DNA from: Squalus acanthias
Taxonomy: Eukaryota
Direction of reading: 5' to 3'
NCBI GenBank assembly: GCA_030390025.1
Contig: JASTWF010000035.1
Location: 806,001 to 870,000, forward strand
DNA: 64,000 nt
The notes below the pieces were generated by a model, which searched no databases, was not told the DNA's origin, and saw nothing but the letters and a program-made list of their open reading frames with translations. The position numbers and the translations under genes were made by a program. The number at the start of each line of letters is the position of its first letter. Position 1 is the first letter of the stretch. Shown piece after piece: positions 21,769 to 35,870 of the stretch.

Positions 21769-22280
21769 AGTCTCTTTGCAAGCAAAGTTATGAAGGACAG
21801 CAACCAAAGTACCAGCGAAGTTAGGATCAGTAGGCAAAACTACCTCACAAAGCGTTGACTCAATGCAGAAGTCTCTCTTTCTCTCTCTCCGAATCTCTCT
21901 CTCTCTCTCAGAACGAGTGGTGCAAAAATGTCAACCACAGAAAAAGACAGGAAGAGGCCCCCTTTAAATAGCGCCCCCCCCCAGCCCCACAGCGATTAAT
22001 AGCGTTCCAGTCTTCCGGTCGTTGGATGCGCCAGGCGGTAAGGCAGGGGGCGCCACTCAATTTCCGCTCCGGGGCGCCACAAGGGCGTTGCACCATGGAA
22101 TGACGTCACAATCTGCGCGCGCAGGTGGTCGCGGCGGTAAAGTTTAGCGCCGCCGCACAATGTCTAGTTAAGTTCCCGAGCGGCGCAAACATCGCTGCGC
22201 CTGGGCGCTAGCAGCTTTGCGCCCCATTAGCGCCCTCTTAAGGCGCTAACGGGAGGCGCAACCAACTGAATTTTTCCCCC

Positions 22281-25200
22281 AAAGTGTGGTGAATAAGGTT
22301 GGTGAGCTACAAGCACAATTAGCCGTGTGACAATATGATGTTGTGGCAATAACGGAAACGTGGCTTAAAAACGGTGAGGACTGGGCACTTAATATTCAAG
22401 GGTACAAGGTGTTCTGAAAAGATAGCGAAGGAAAAAAGGGAGGTGGGGTGGCAGAGCTGATTAAGGAAGACATTGTAGTGTTGGAAAGGGAGGATGTTCT
22501 TGAGGGGACAAGGACAGAATCCGTTTGGTTAGAGTTGAGAAGTAAAAAGGGTATGATCACGCTATTGGGGGTATTCTATAGTCCTCCAAATAATGAGAGG
22601 GAGGTAGAGGAGCAAATCTGCAGATAATCTGGTGGGCAGAACAGTGGCAAATGGAATTCAATCTGGAGAGAGATTTTAAGAGAAGGGAGCACCATCTGTG
22701 GCTAACTAAGGAAGTAAAGGATGGTATCAAATTGAAAACGAAGGCATACAATGTTGCCAAGACTGGTAGGAGACCAGAGGATTGGGAAATTTTTAAAAAC
22801 CAGCAAAGGATGACTAAAAAAATAATAGAGAGAAGACGAATTATGAGAGTAAGCTGGCAAGAAACATTAAAACAGATAGTAAGAGCTTCTACAGGTATAT
22901 AAAAAGGAAGAGGGTAGCTAAAGTAAACGTTGGTCCCCTAGAGGATGAGACTGGGGAATTAATAATGGGGAACGGGGAAATGGCAGAGACTCTGAACAAA
23001 TATTTTGCATCTGTCTTCACGGTAGAAGACACTAACAACATCCCAATAATGGATAATCAAGGGGCCACAGGGAGGGGGGGATCTAAAGACAATCACTATC
23101 ACTAAGGAAATAGTACTCGGTAAAATAATGGGACTAAAAGACGACAAGTCCCCTGGACCAGATGGCCTGTATCCCAGGGTCTTAAAAGAAGTGGCTGCAG
23201 AGATAGTGGATGCATTGGTTGCAATATACCAAAATTCCCTGGACTCTGGAGAGGTTCCAGCGGATTGGAAAACCGCAAATGTAACACCCCTATTTAAGAA
23301 AGGAGGGAGACAGAAAGCAGGAAACTATAGACCAGTTAGCCTAACATCTGTCGTTGGGAAAATGCTGGAGTCTTTCATTAAGGAAGCAGTAGCAGGGCAT
23401 TTAGAAAAACATACTGCAGTCAAACAGAGTCAGCATGGTTTTATGAAAGGGAAATCATGTTTAACAAATTTGCTGGAGTTCTTTGAGGATGTAACGAGTA
23501 GGGTGGACAAGGGTGAGCCAGTGGATGTGATGTATTTGGATTTCCAGAAGGCATTCGATAAGGTGCCACATAAAAGGTTACTGCATAAGATAAGAGCTCA
23601 CGGAGTTGGGGGTAATATATTAGCATGGATAGAAATTTGGCTAACTAACAGAAAGCAGAGAGTCGGGATAAATGGGTCATTTTCTGGTTGGCAAACAGTA
23701 ACTAGTGGGGTGCCACAAGGATCGGTGCTGGGGCCCCAACTATTTACAATCTACATTAATGACTTGGATGAAGGGACCGAGTGTAATGTAGTCAAGTGTG
23801 CGGATGATACAAAGATGGGTGGGAAAGCAAGTTGTGCAGAGGACTCAAAGAACCTGCAAAGGGATAGAGACAGGCTAGGTGAGTGGGCAAACATTTGGCA
23901 GATGGAGTATAATGTGGGAAAGTGCGAGGTTATCCACTTTGGCAGGAAAAATAAAAAAGCAAGCTGTTATTTAAATGGAGAGAGATTAAAAAATACTGCA
24001 GTTCAGAGGGACCTGGGGGTCCTTGTGCATGAAACAGAAAAAGTTAGCATGCAGGTACAGCAAGTAATCAAAAAGGCAAATGGAATGTTGGCCTTTATTT
24101 CAAGGGGGTTGGAGTATAAAAGCAGGGAAGTCCTGCTACAACTGTACAAGGTATTGGTGAGACCACACCTTGAGTACTGCATGTAGTTCTGGTCACCACA
24201 TTACAGGAAGATGTGATTGCACTAGAGAGGGTACAGAGGAGATTTACGAGGATGTTGCCTGGGCTGGGAAATTTTAGCGATGAGGTAAGATTGGATAGGC
24301 TGGGGTTGTTTTCTTTGGAACAGAGGAGACTGAGGGGAGACTTAATTGAGGTGTATAAAATTATGAGGGGCCTAGATAGAGTGGATAGGAAGGATCTATT
24401 TCCCTTAGCAGAAGGGTCAATAACCAGGGGACAGAGATTTAAAGTAATTGGTCGGAGGTTTAGAGGGGATTTGAGGAGAAATTTTTTCACCCAGAGGGTG
24501 GTGGGGGTCTGGAACTCACTGCCTGAAAGGGTGGTAGAGACTGAAACCCTCATCACATTTAAAAAGTACTTGGATATACACTTGAAGTGCCGTACCCGAC
24601 AGGGACTACGGACCATGAGCTGGAAAGTGAGATTAGGCTGGATAGCTCTTTGTCGGCCGGCACAGAGAAGATAGGCCGAATGGCCTCCTTCTGTGCTGTA
24701 ACTTTCTATGATTCTATGATCACAGAGATGTGTAAGAACTATAGAGTGGTGATATTGGGGGACGTTAATTACCCAAATATCGATTGGGATAATGCTCGGG
24801 TAAAGGGAAAGGAGGGGGAGGAATTTCTGAAATGTGTTCAGGAGAACTTCTTGACCAGTATGATCTTGGCCCAACTAGGAAGGAGGCATTTCTGGATCTG
24901 GTGCTGGGGAATGAGGATGGCCAGGTTGACCAAGTGTCTGTGGAGAACACTTGGGTACGAGTGATCATCGTACCATAAGATTTAGATTCGCAATGGAGAG
25001 GAGCAAGGAACAATCTAGAGTGGAACTTTTAAACTGGAATAGGGCTAACTTCAATGGGATGCGAAAGGATCTAGCCAGGGTAAAATGGAACCAAAGACTG
25101 ACAGGAAAAACTGTAACGGAACAATGGGTGATCTTTAAGGAGGAGATGTTTCAGGTACAGGCTAGGTACATTCCAACAAGAGGGAAGGTAAGGGAACCAA

Positions 25201-28200
25201 AGCAAGGGCTCCTTGGATGACGAGGGAGATATGATGAAACAAAAAAAGAGGGTGTATGATGCATGACAGGTGAATTCTTCAAGGGAGAACCAGACCAAAT
25301 ACAATAAGTTGAGAGGGGAAGTGAAGAGGAAAATAAGACTGGCAAAGAGAGAATATGAGAGTAGAATGGCGGTTAACATAAAAGGGAACCCAAAAATCTT
25401 CTACCGGCATGTAAACAGTAAGTGGGTAATAAGAGGTGGGGCGGGGCCTATTAGGGACAAAGAAGGTGATATATGCTTAGAGGCGCAGGGCAAGGCTAGA
25501 ATACTCAATGAGTACTTTGTATCTGTGTTTACTAAGGAAGAGATGCTGACAAAATATCGGTAGAAGTGGAGATGGTAGAGGTAATGGATGGGGTGAAAAT
25601 TGATGGGCAGGATGTACTGGAAAGGCTGGGTATGCTTAGAGTGGATAAGTCGCCTGGTCCAGATGGCTTGCGTCCCAGGTTGTTAAGGGAGGTGGGGGAG
25701 GGGATAGCGGAAGGGCTTGCCATAATCTTCCAATCTTCCCTAGATACGGGGGAGGTGCCAGAGGATTGGAAAGTAGCAAATGTGACACCCTTGTTCAAGA
25801 AAGAACATAAGAACATAAGAAATTGGAGCAGGAGTCGGCCATTTGGCCTTCGAGCCTGCTCCACCATTCAATAAGATCATGGCTGATCTTCTACCTCATC
25901 TCCACTTTCCTGCACTATCCACATATCCCTTGATTCCCTTAATATTCAAAAAGCTATCGATCTCTGTCTTGAATATACTCAACGATTGAGCCTCCACAGC
26001 CCTCTGGGGTAGAGAATTCCAAAGATTCACCACCCTCTGAGTGAAGAAATTTCTCCTCAACTCAGTCCTAAATGGCCGACCCCTTATTTTGAGATTGTGA
26101 CCCGTGGTTCTAGACTCCCCAGCCAGGGGTATAAGGACAAGCCTAGTAACTACAGGCCGGCCAGTTTAACATCAGTGGTGGGTAAGCTTTTAGAAACAAT
26201 AATCAGGGAAAAAATTAACGGGCACCTGGAGAGGTTTAAGTTAATTAAGGAGAGCCAACATGGATTTGTAAAAGGCAGATCGTGTTTGACTAATCTAATT
26301 GAATTTTGTGATGAAGTAACAGGGAGGATTGATGAAGGGAATGCAATGGATGTTGTCTACATAGATTTTAGGAAGGCATTTGACAAAGTACCACATCGAA
26401 GGCTGGTTAACAAAATTGAGGCTCATGGAATAGGAGGGTCAGTGTCAGCTTGGATAAGAAATTGGCTTAAGGACAGAAAACAGCAAGTTGTGGTAAATGG
26501 CTGCTTTTCAGACTGAAGGATGGTAGACAGTGGTGTTCCCCAAGGGTCAGTGCTGGGACCACTGCTTTTTTTGATATATATATAAATGACTTGGATATTG
26601 GAATAGAGAGTAGAATTTCTAAATTTGCCGATGACACCAAAATTGGGGGTGTGGCAAATAGTGAGGAGGATATCAATCGACTGCAATGGATGTGGTGTAT
26701 TTGGACTTTCAGAAGGCTTTCGATAAGGTCCCACATAAGAGATTAGCGTGCAAAGTTAAAGCACATGGGATTGAGGGTGAGGTATTGATTTGGATAGAGA
26801 ACTGGTTGGCAGACAGGAAGCAAAGAGTTGGAATAAACGGGTCTTTTTCCAAGTGGCAGGCAGTGACTAGTGGGGTACCACAGGGATCGGTGCTAGGACC
26901 CCAGCTATTCACAATATATATTAATGATCTAGACGAGGGAACTAGATGTAATATCTCTAAGTTTGCAGATGACACAAAGCTGGGTGGGCATGTGTGCTGT
27001 GAGGAGGATGCAGAGAAACTCCAGTATGATTTGGACAGGTTGGGTGATTGGGCAGATGCATGGCAGATGCAGTATAATGTGGATAAATGCGAGGTTATCC
27101 ACTTTGGTGGCAAAAACAGGAAGACAGATTATTATCTGAATGGCAATAGATTGGGAAAAGGGGAAGTGCAACGAGATCTGGGAGTCCTTGTGCACCAGTC
27201 GCTGAAGGTAAGCATGCAGGTGCAGCAGGTGGTTCAGAAGGCAAATGGTATGTTGGCCTTCATAGCGAGAGGATTCGAGTACAGGAACAAGGATGTCTTG
27301 CTGCAGTTGTACAAGGCCTTGGTGAGACCACACCTTGATTATTGTGTGCAGTTTTGGTCGCCTTATCTGAGGAAGGATGTTCTTGCCATGGAGGGAGTGC
27401 AGCGAAGATTTACCAGAGTGATACCTGGGATGGCAGGAATGATGTATGAGGAGAGATTGGGTCGATTAGGCTTATATTCGCTAGAGTTTAGAAGAATGAG
27501 AGGGGATCTCATTGAAACTTATAAAATTCTTACAGGACTAGACAGACTAGATGCAGGAAGGATGTTCCCGATGGCGGGGGAGTCCAGAACCAGAGGTCAC
27601 AGTCTAAGGATAAGGGGTAAGCCATTTAGGACTGAGATGAGGAGGAATTTCTTCACCCAGAGAGTGGTGAACCTGTGGAATTCTCTACCACAGAAGGCAA
27701 TTGAGGCCAATTCATTAAATATATTCAAGAAGGAGATAGATATATTTCTTAAGGCTAAAGGGATCAAGGGATATGGGGAGAAAGCAGGGACAGGGTACTG
27801 AATTTGGATGATCAGCCATGATCTCATTGAATGGCGGAGCAGGCTCGAGGGGCCGAATGGCCTACTCCTGCTCCTATCTTCTATACTTCTATGCTTCTAT
27901 GCAACAGGACATAGAAAGGCTAGCAGAATGGGCAGACAAGTGGCAGATGGAATTTAATACCGAGAAGTATGAGGTGATGCATTTTGGCAGAAGGGATAGG
28001 GAGAGGCAATATAGACTTAATGGCACAGTTTTAAAGAGTGTGCAGGGACAGAGGGACCTGGGAGTTAATGTGCATACAATAACAAAATACTGCGGATGCT
28101 GGAAATCCAAAATAACAAAAGAAAACGCTGGAAAAACTCAGCAGGCCAGGCAGCATCAGTGGAGAGAGAAACAGAGTTAACGTTTCAGGTCGATCTGTTT

Positions 28201-30278
28201 CTCTCTCCATGGTTCATGTGCACAGGTCCCCGAAGGTGGCGGGACAAAGTGAGAGAGTGGTTGACAAAGCATATGGGGTCTTGGGCTTCAGAAATAGAGG
28301 CAGTGAGTACAAAAGTAGAGAAGTTAAGCTGAATCTTTATAAAGCTTCGGTTAGGCCACAATTAGAGTATTGTGTCTAGTTCTGGTCACCACACTTTAGG
28401 AAGGATGTGAAGGCCCTTGAGAGGGTGCAGAGGAGATTTATCAGAATGGTTCCGGGGAGGAGGGATTTTAGCTACAAGGACAGGTTGGAGAAGCTGGGGT
28501 TGATCTCCTTGGAGCAAAGGAGGTTGAGGGGTGATTTGATAGATGTGTACAAGATTATGACGGTTTTGGATAGGCTAGACGGGGAAAGGCTTTTCCCACC
28601 AGTTGATGGTACAAGGACTAGGGGACACAGATTTAAGGTTTTGGCCAAGAGATACAGGGGGAATGTGAGCAAAAACATTTTAACGCAGTGAGTGGTAATG
28701 ACCCTAGAGATAGCGGATGCACTAAGTATGATTTTTCAGAATTCATTAGACTCGGGAACAGTGCCCATGGATTGGAGGGTAGCTAACGTTACCCCACTAT
28801 TCAAAAAGGGGGGTAGGGAAAAAGCAGGTAATTACAGACCTGTAAGCCTTACATCAGTTGTGGGCAAAATGCTGGAGTCCATCATTAAGGATGAAATAGC
28901 GGAGCACTTAGCAAATAGGGACAGGATAGGACAGAGTCAACATGGATTTACAAAGGGTAAATCGTGCTTGACTAATCTATTGGAATTTTTTGAGGGAGTA
29001 ACTGGTAAAATAGATGGGGGAGAGCCAGTAGATGTGGTGTACCTGGACTTCCAAAAGGCCTTCGATAAGGTCCCACATAAAAGATTAGCAGGGAAAATTG
29101 AAGCTCATGGGATAAAGGGGAAAGTATTGACGTGGATAGAGAACTGGCTGTCAGATAGAAAACAGAGAGTTGGAATAAACGGCTCATTTTCTGAATGGCA
29201 GGCAGTAACAAGTGGGGTACCACAGGGATCTGTCCTGGGTCCCCAGCTGTTCACAATTTACATTAATGACCTGGATCAGGGAGTCGGATGCAGCATTTCC
29301 AAATTTGCAGACGACACTAAACTAGGAGGGGGGGTGGGCTCAGAGGAGGAGACCAGGAAGCTCCAGAACGATTTGGACAGACTGGGTGATTGGGCGGATA
29401 AATGGCAGATGCACTATAATGTGGACAAGTGCGAAGTTATCCACCTTGGGTGCAGGAACGGGAGGGCAAATTATTATTTAAATTGGGAGAGGGGGAAGTA
29501 CAGAGAGACCTGGGTGTTCTTGTACACCAGTCACTGAAGGCGAGCATGCAGGTGCAACAGGCGGTCAAGAAGGCAAACGGTATGCTGGCCTTCATAGCAA
29601 AAGGGTTGGAATACAGGAACAGGGATACCTTGCTGCAGCTGTACAGGGCACTGGTGAGACCACACCTCGAGTACTGTGTACAGTTTTGGTCGCCTCATCT
29701 GAGGAAAGATGTTCTTGCCATGGAGGGGGTGCAGCGGTGATTCACCAGGCTGATACCAGGAATGGCGGGATTGACCTATGAGGAGAGACTATGTAGTTTA
29801 GGGATGTACACACTGGAGTTTAGAAGATTGAGAGGGGACCTCATAGAAGTGTATAAAATTCTGACAGGTCTAGACAGACTAGATGCAGAAGGAATGTTTC
29901 CCTTGGCGGGTGAGAACAGAACTAGAGGACATAATTTAAGGATAAGGGCTAAACCATTTAGGACAGAAATGAGGGGGAATTTCTTCACTCAGAGGGTGGT
30001 GAACCTGTGGAACTCATTGCCACAGAGGGCAGTGTACACCAGCTCATTAAATATATTTAAGAGGGAATTAGATATATTTCTACAGGCAAAAGGGGTTAAA
30101 GGTTACGGTGAGAAGGCGGGGACGGGATACTGAATTGGAGGATCAGCCATGATCTCATTAAATGGCAGAGCAGGCTCGAAGGGCCGGATGACCTACTCCT
30201 GCTCCTATCTTCTATGTATCTATGTATCTATGACCTGGAATTCGCTGCTGTCGGAAGTGGTGGAAGTGGAAACACTCA
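22281..30278 (+). mobile_element. Nested cluster of CR1 LINE ORF2 copies (younger 5'-truncated copies at ~22690-24720, 26686-27900, 28698-30230; inverted 3' end at 25803-26126)
   Basis: Repeated RT motifs NYRPVSLTS, YLDFQKAFDKV, GVPQGSVLGP and FADDTK, plus CR1 3' tails. Confidence 0.9.
28078..28205. repeat. Short fragment resembling the terminal repeat of Penelope-like elements
   Basis: GCTGGAAAAACTCAGCAGG...GCAGCATC...GAGAGAGAAACAGAGTTAACGTTTCAGGTCGA interrupts a CR1; assignment is from recalled similarity only. Confidence 0.45.
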
Positions 30279-30789
30279 GGGGTAAAAATTCACTTGGTTG
30301 CACCTCCCGTTAGTGCCTTAAGAGGGCGCTAATGGGGCGTTAAGCCACGAACGCCCGGGCGCAGCGCTGTTTGCGCCGCTCGAGAACTTAACTTGAGATT
30401 GTGCGGCGGCGCTAAAACTTACCGCTGCGACCACATGCGCGCGCAGATTGTGACGTCATTCCATGGTGCAACGCCCTTGGGGCGCCCCGGAGCGGAAATT
30501 GAGTGGCGCCCCCTGCCTTACCGCCTGGCGCTTCCAACGACCGGAAGACTGGAACGTTATCAATCGGTGTGGGGCTGGGGGGGGCGCTATTTAAAGGGGG
30601 CCTCTTCCTGTCTTTTTCTGTGGTCGACATTTATGCACCACTCGTTCTGAGAGAGAGAGAGAGATTCGGAGAGAGAGAGAGAGAGACTTCTACATTGACT
30701 CAACGCTTTGTGAGGTAGTTTTGCCTATTCATCCTAACTTTGTTGCTACTTTAGTTGCTGTACCTCATTACTTTTCTGGCAAAGAGAAT

Positions 30790-31950
30790 ATGGGGGCTGC
30801 AATGATTGGGGGCGTCATCCTGCTCCAGCTGAATCGGAGGATACAGAGACGCAGACAGAGAGTGGCAATGATGGCCAGACGGAGGAGGGCCATCAGGCGC
30901 ATGTACAGGAGAGCTTACCCTCCCAGGGTATATCGTGAACAGCTCTCCTACATCCATATGTCCGAGGAGCTGTGTTTGCGAAGGCTGCGATTCAGCAAGG
31001 AGGTGGTCACTGAGCTCTGCCACCTGCTGCAGCCAGATCTGCAGCCTCAGCTGAGGTCCAGGACGTCTCTGTCGGTGGCAGTGAAGGTCACAGTGGCTTT
31101 GAACTTCTACGCCACTGGCTCATTCCAAGCTGCTGTTGGGGACCTCGCCAATATCTCCCAGTTTGCGGTGCATCGCTGCATCCGGCAGGTCACCAATGCC
31201 CTCTTCAGAAGGAGACGAGACTTCATCTCTTTCCCTATGACCCCAGACAAGCAGCGTGACCGTGCTCTGGGCTTTGCGAGGGTAGCGGGCTTCCCCATGG
31301 TGGAGGGCGCCATTGACTGCACGCATGTGGCTTTGCGTGCTCCGCGAGAGAATGCAGAGGAATTCAGGAACAGAAAGGGGTTCCATTCCTTGAATGTGCA
31401 GTTGGTCTGTGACCACAGACAGGTGATACTCGCTGTCAATGCCCACTATCCGGGCAGCTGCCGCGATGCTTTCATCCTGCGCCAGACTACTGTGGCAGAA
31501 GTTTTCGAGGCACCGCATCAGCCAGTTGGTTGGCTTCTGGGGGACAAGGGGTACGCATTGAGCACCTGGCTGATGACACCGCTCCGTACGCCAAACACCC
31601 CTGCTGAGCTGTGGTACAATGAAAGCCATCAAGCAACCAGGAACATTATTGAGCGCACAATCGGCGTGCTGAAACAACGGTTCCGCTGTCTGGACCATTC
31701 CGGAGGAGCCCTGCAGTACTCGCCTGAGCAAGTTTCGAACTTCGTAGTCGTGTGCTGCATGTTGCACAACATGGCAATCCTCGGGACCCAGCCAATGCCA
31801 CCAGGCCTTGTAGCACCACCAGGGGAGGAGGAGGAAGAGGAGGAAGAGGACGAGGACGATGATCATCAGCAGCACCAAGGCAGGAGGGCGGCCCACAATG
31901 GTCAAACTGCAAGGGCCGTCCGTCAACGACTAATAGCAAGCCGCTTCTAG
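30790..31950 (+). CDS. Harbinger transposase, open
   Basis: DDE motifs as in copy 1 (ORF 30721..31950). Confidence 0.93.
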   Translation: MGAAMIGGVILLQLNRRIQRRRQRVAMMARRRRAIRRMYRRAYPPRVYREQLSYIHMSEELCLRRLRFSKEVVTELCHLLQPDLQPQLRSRTSLSVAVKVTVALNFYATGSFQAAVGDLANISQFAVHRCIRQVTNALFRRRRDFISFPMTPDKQRDRALGFARVAGFPMVEGAIDCTHVALRAPRENAEEFRNRKGFHSLNVQLVCDHRQVILAVNAHYPGSCRDAFILRQTTVAEVFEAPHQPVGWLLGDKGYALSTWLMTPLRTPNTPAELWYNESHQATRNIIERTIGVLKQRFRCLDHSGGALQYSPEQVSNFVVVCCMLHNMAILGTQPMPPGLVAPPGEEEEEEEEDEDDDHQQHQGRRAAHNGQTARAVRQRLIASRF

Positions 31951-32244
31951 GGCCCCTGCCATTGCTACAAACACTAATCAACCCAGCACGCAACCCCTAA
32001 GCCGGCCAAGGCACCAATAATTCCAACCACCAGCCATGTATATTTTGAATACAGAAACTTATTTATTTTACAAACTCTGTGTGTGTCAATTCCTCATGAC
32101 AAACTCACAGAAATAAACACAAAAAAACAGTCAATAACATAACTGGTTCTCACAACCTGGAGATAATGTCCAAAACACTAAACAAAAGTTGGACCATGAA
32201 CCTCGGCCTTTAATAAAAAAATGACCAGCATTTTGTCACACCTC

Positions 32245-34067
32245 CTACTTTTTGCCCTTCGAGGGTGATCTCCTTCCCTTGCGCACTTCCCCCCTTCTAA
32301 CCCTACTGCTCCTCCGTAATGGGACCTCAGTGGCTGCAGCAAGGCTGGTGGAAGGCTGCTGCTCGTCAGACCCTGACACTGCAGATGCCCCTGAAGGACG
32401 GCCTCGACCACTTCTGGGCCTGGAGGGCCCGGCTGCAGACTGCACCAACTCTGCATGGGCGGCAGCAGTCTGTCCTACAGGCGGTGGCAAGTGCAGTGGA
32501 GAAGTGACAGTGTTGGCAGCAGGAATGCTGTCATCGTGAGAGAGGACAGCAACTCCCTGCTCGCCCGATACACTGGCACTCCCACGGGGCAGCACTTCAG
32601 CATCCGGAGCAATCTGCCGGAGAACAGATTGCTGGCCTGCTGCGGCGCGGTGACAGCCCCGGGGACATGTGCACGAACCATCGAGGTTGGCAGCAGTCTG
32701 TGCTCGCGTGGCCTCCATCTGAGTCTGTATGAGAGCAGTCAGAGGTGGGATCACGGCAGCCAGTGACTGAATTGCAGCACTAAGCTTTAGTGTGGCATCC
32801 GCCTGTGCTACAGCGAAGTGCTCCACACTCCTTGCCAGTGACTCAATGCATTCGGGCACCCTTCCCACTGCACCCATGAGCTCAGTGTGCATGCCCACCG
32901 CCTGGGTGTTCATTTCTGCAATCAGCCGCTCCTCCTCTGCGTCCATTGCAGTAGGAGTGTCTGGCATACTCTCCCTCTGGGGAGAAGGCCCCCGTTCTTC
33001 CCTACCCCCCCCATGGCGTTGCTGCAGCCCGCTGGGTCCTGGAGCTTCACCATCATCAGCCCCTTCCCCCCTGCTCCCCTCCGGGGAAGGTGTGTTCCCA
33101 GTGTGGGCATGGGCTTCCTCGGGAGAGGGTGGCACTGATGCTCTGGCTTCCTCTTCCTCCTCAGCTGCAGCATCACTCCCAGTGGCAGCTTCAGGGCCCG
33201 TCTCCTCAGCTGGTGAATCACCATCTGAAAGCAGGGAGGTACAAGAGTGGCTTTAGCGTGAGGACAGGGTGGCAGTAAGGGAGGAATAAGTGCAGCGAGT
33301 TAGCAAGTTGGATTGAAAGTGTCAAAGTCTGGTATTGTGAGGGACAAGTGGAAGGACAGAGGACAAAAAGGTGATGACCTTACCATTGCTGTCCACAACG
33401 GGGTCGGCGTCTCCAGTGGCGACGGGACCGATCACCCGGCTTGCCACAATCCTGTGGACGCGCTCCTCCAGATCGCTGAGGGGTTGCAGCTGAAGCCGCC
33501 CTCCACCCGTCCGTTGCTGCTGTCTCCGATTATGAGCCAGCTTAGCCTGCAAGAAAAAGGACAGCATCTGAGTAAATATACAGCCATGGTCTTGCCTGAT
33601 GTGCCTCCCATAGGTGAATAGCCCTTACAATATACAGCCATGGTCTTGCCTGATGTGCCTCCCATAGGTGAATAGCCCTTACTGTATGCAAAGTGTGGAA
33701 TGTGTGTGTGTGTTTGATGAAAGGGCCATAGGTGTTGGATGAGTGTTGTGCATTGGGGTTTTAAGACCCTCTGGCCATAGAGTGAGGTTGAGATGGAGGG
33801 ATGGAGAGGTATTGAGAAAAAGCCACTCACCCTGACGACCCGAGTGAGGTCGTTGAACTTTTTGCGGCATTGAGTATGGGTCCTGGGCACCATGCTCCTG
33901 GAGGAGACGCTCTGAGCCACCTCCCTCCACACTCTTCTGAGCTCGCGTGGCAAAGGCCTCCTGCCACTCTCAGGGAACAGCATACATCGTCTGCGCTCCA
34001 CTGCGTCAACCAGAGCATCCAAGGCCCGCTCGGTGAAGCGATGAGTGCGTTCTCTCACCCTCTCCAT
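32245..34067 (-). CDS. Harbinger Myb/SANT-like protein, 3 exons
   Basis: Homologous to 9126-10944 with the same splice sites. Confidence 0.8.
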
Positions 34068-34971
34068 GCTTGGCAGCAAAATGCATTACAGGTCTCTCCA
34101 GGCTGAGATTCAAGGCTGCAATGAGCAGGGTGTGGCTGGGGAGCAAGCGGCCCCCCCCGCTTTAAGAAGTGGCCGGCGCCAGTGTGTCTGTGTTCCCTCG
34201 CTAACTGGCAGCAGCTGTGCTGCGCTCGTGCGCTGAGTTAGCGCCTCACTCCTTGGCCTTTGCGCCTTAAGAGAGGTGTGCAGCGCCTGCTTTAGCGCTC
34301 CACTCACCTTCCGGGGCGGTAAAAGTGAGGTTTCCTGTCAGTGCCGATAATTAGCGCCAGGCGCTAATATTTGCGTCCGGACGATATTTGCGCCCCAAAT
34401 GGGGCGCGACCTAATTTCTACCCCTCAATGTTTTCAAGCGGAGACTGGATAGGCACTTGAGGGAAATAAACTTGCAGGGCTACGGGGATAGAGCAGGGGA
34501 ATGGGACTGACTGGATTGCTCTACAGAGAGCTGGCATGGACTCGATGGGCCGAATGGTCTCCTTCTGTGCCATAATGAATCGATGACTCTATAACTCCAG
34601 TCTTCCAGCACCACGCCTGTAGCCAGAGGTGATTAGAAAATGATGGTCAGAGCCTCTGCTATTTCCCCCCTTGCTTCTCTGAACAGCCTGGGATATATTT
34701 CATCCGGGCCTGGCAATTTATCTACTTTGAAAGATGCTAAATCCCTTAATATTTCCTCTGTCACTATATTTATCTCATCTAATATTTCACACTCCTCCCT
34801 GATTGCAATGTCTGGTATGTGTCCATCCGATGGATGGAGAGCATTTGGTGAGGGTGAGTATCAGAGAGAGGCATGACATTGCATAAGGATGAGGGTGGAG
34901 TGTCAGTGGTGAATGGATAGATGGGGATGTGAGGAAGTGCACGGACAGAGAGGGATAGCATGTGCAAGGTA

Positions 34972-35870
34972 AGAACATAAGAATTAGGAGCAGGAGTAGG
35001 CCATACGGCCATTCAATAAGACCATGGCTGATCTTTCACCTCAACTCTACTTTCCCACCCGATCTCCATATCCTTTGATTCCCCTAGAGTCCAAAAATCT
35101 ATCGATCTCAGTCTTGAATATACTCAACGACTCAGCATCCACAGCACTTTGGGATAGAGAATTCCAAAGATTCACAACCCTCTGAGTGAAGAAATTCCTT
35201 CTCATCTCGGTCTTAAATGGCCGACCCCTTATCCTGAGACTGTGATCCCTAAACTCCAGCCAGGGGGAAACAGCCTCTCAGCATCTATCCTGTCAATCCC
35301 CCTCAGAATCTTATCTGTTTCAATGAGATCATCTCTCATTCTTCTAAACTCCAGAGAGTATAGGCCCAATCTACTCAATCTCTCCTCATAGGACAGCCCT
35401 CTCATCCCAGGGATCAATCTAGTGAACCTTCGTTGCACCACCTCGAAGGCATGTATGTCCTTTTTCAGATAAGGAGACCAAAACTGTGCCCAGTACTCCA
35501 GGTGTGGTCTCACCAAAGCCCTGTACAATTGTAGCAAGACTTCCTTACTCTTGTACTCCAACCCCCTTGCAATAAAGGCCAACATGCCATTTGCCTTCCT
35601 AGTTGTATCTGCATGCTAACTTTCTGTGTTTCCTGTACGAGGACACCAACATTTCAAAGTTTCTCACCATTTAAAAAAAAATGTTTTTCTATTCTTCCTA
35701 CCAAAGTGAATAACCTCACATTTCCCCACATTATATTCCATCTGCCACCTTATTGCCCACTCATTTAACCTGTCTATATCCCTTTGCAGCCTCACAGCAT
35801 ACTTTCCCACCTATGTTTGTATCATCAGCAATCTTGGATACATTGCACTCGACCCCTTCATCTAAGTCAA
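34972..35870 (-). mobile_element. CR1 LINE 3' portion
   Basis: LYRALVRPHLEY and EFRRMRDDLIE motifs, plus 3' tail. Confidence 0.9.

Larger units (their letters stand above)
8793..22280. mobile_element. PIF/Harbinger DNA transposon copy 1 (~4.1 kb) containing the 9.3-kb element B
   Basis: 12-bp TIRs GGGGGAAAAATT...AATTTTTCCCCC; 3-bp TSD AAA (8790-8792 and 22281-22283); convergent Myb/SANT and transposase genes. Confidence 0.95.
30279..34424. mobile_element. Harbinger transposon copy 2 (inverted relative to copy 1)
   Basis: TIRs GGGGTAAAAATT / AATTTCTACCCC; TSD TCA (30276-30278 and 34425-34427); inserted in a CR1 3' end. Confidence 0.95.

Noticed and set aside
28170..28210. Possible hammerhead ribozyme in the Penelope-like fragment
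   Set aside because: Only the GAAAC half is present on the minus strand; the CUGANGA core upstream of it is missing.
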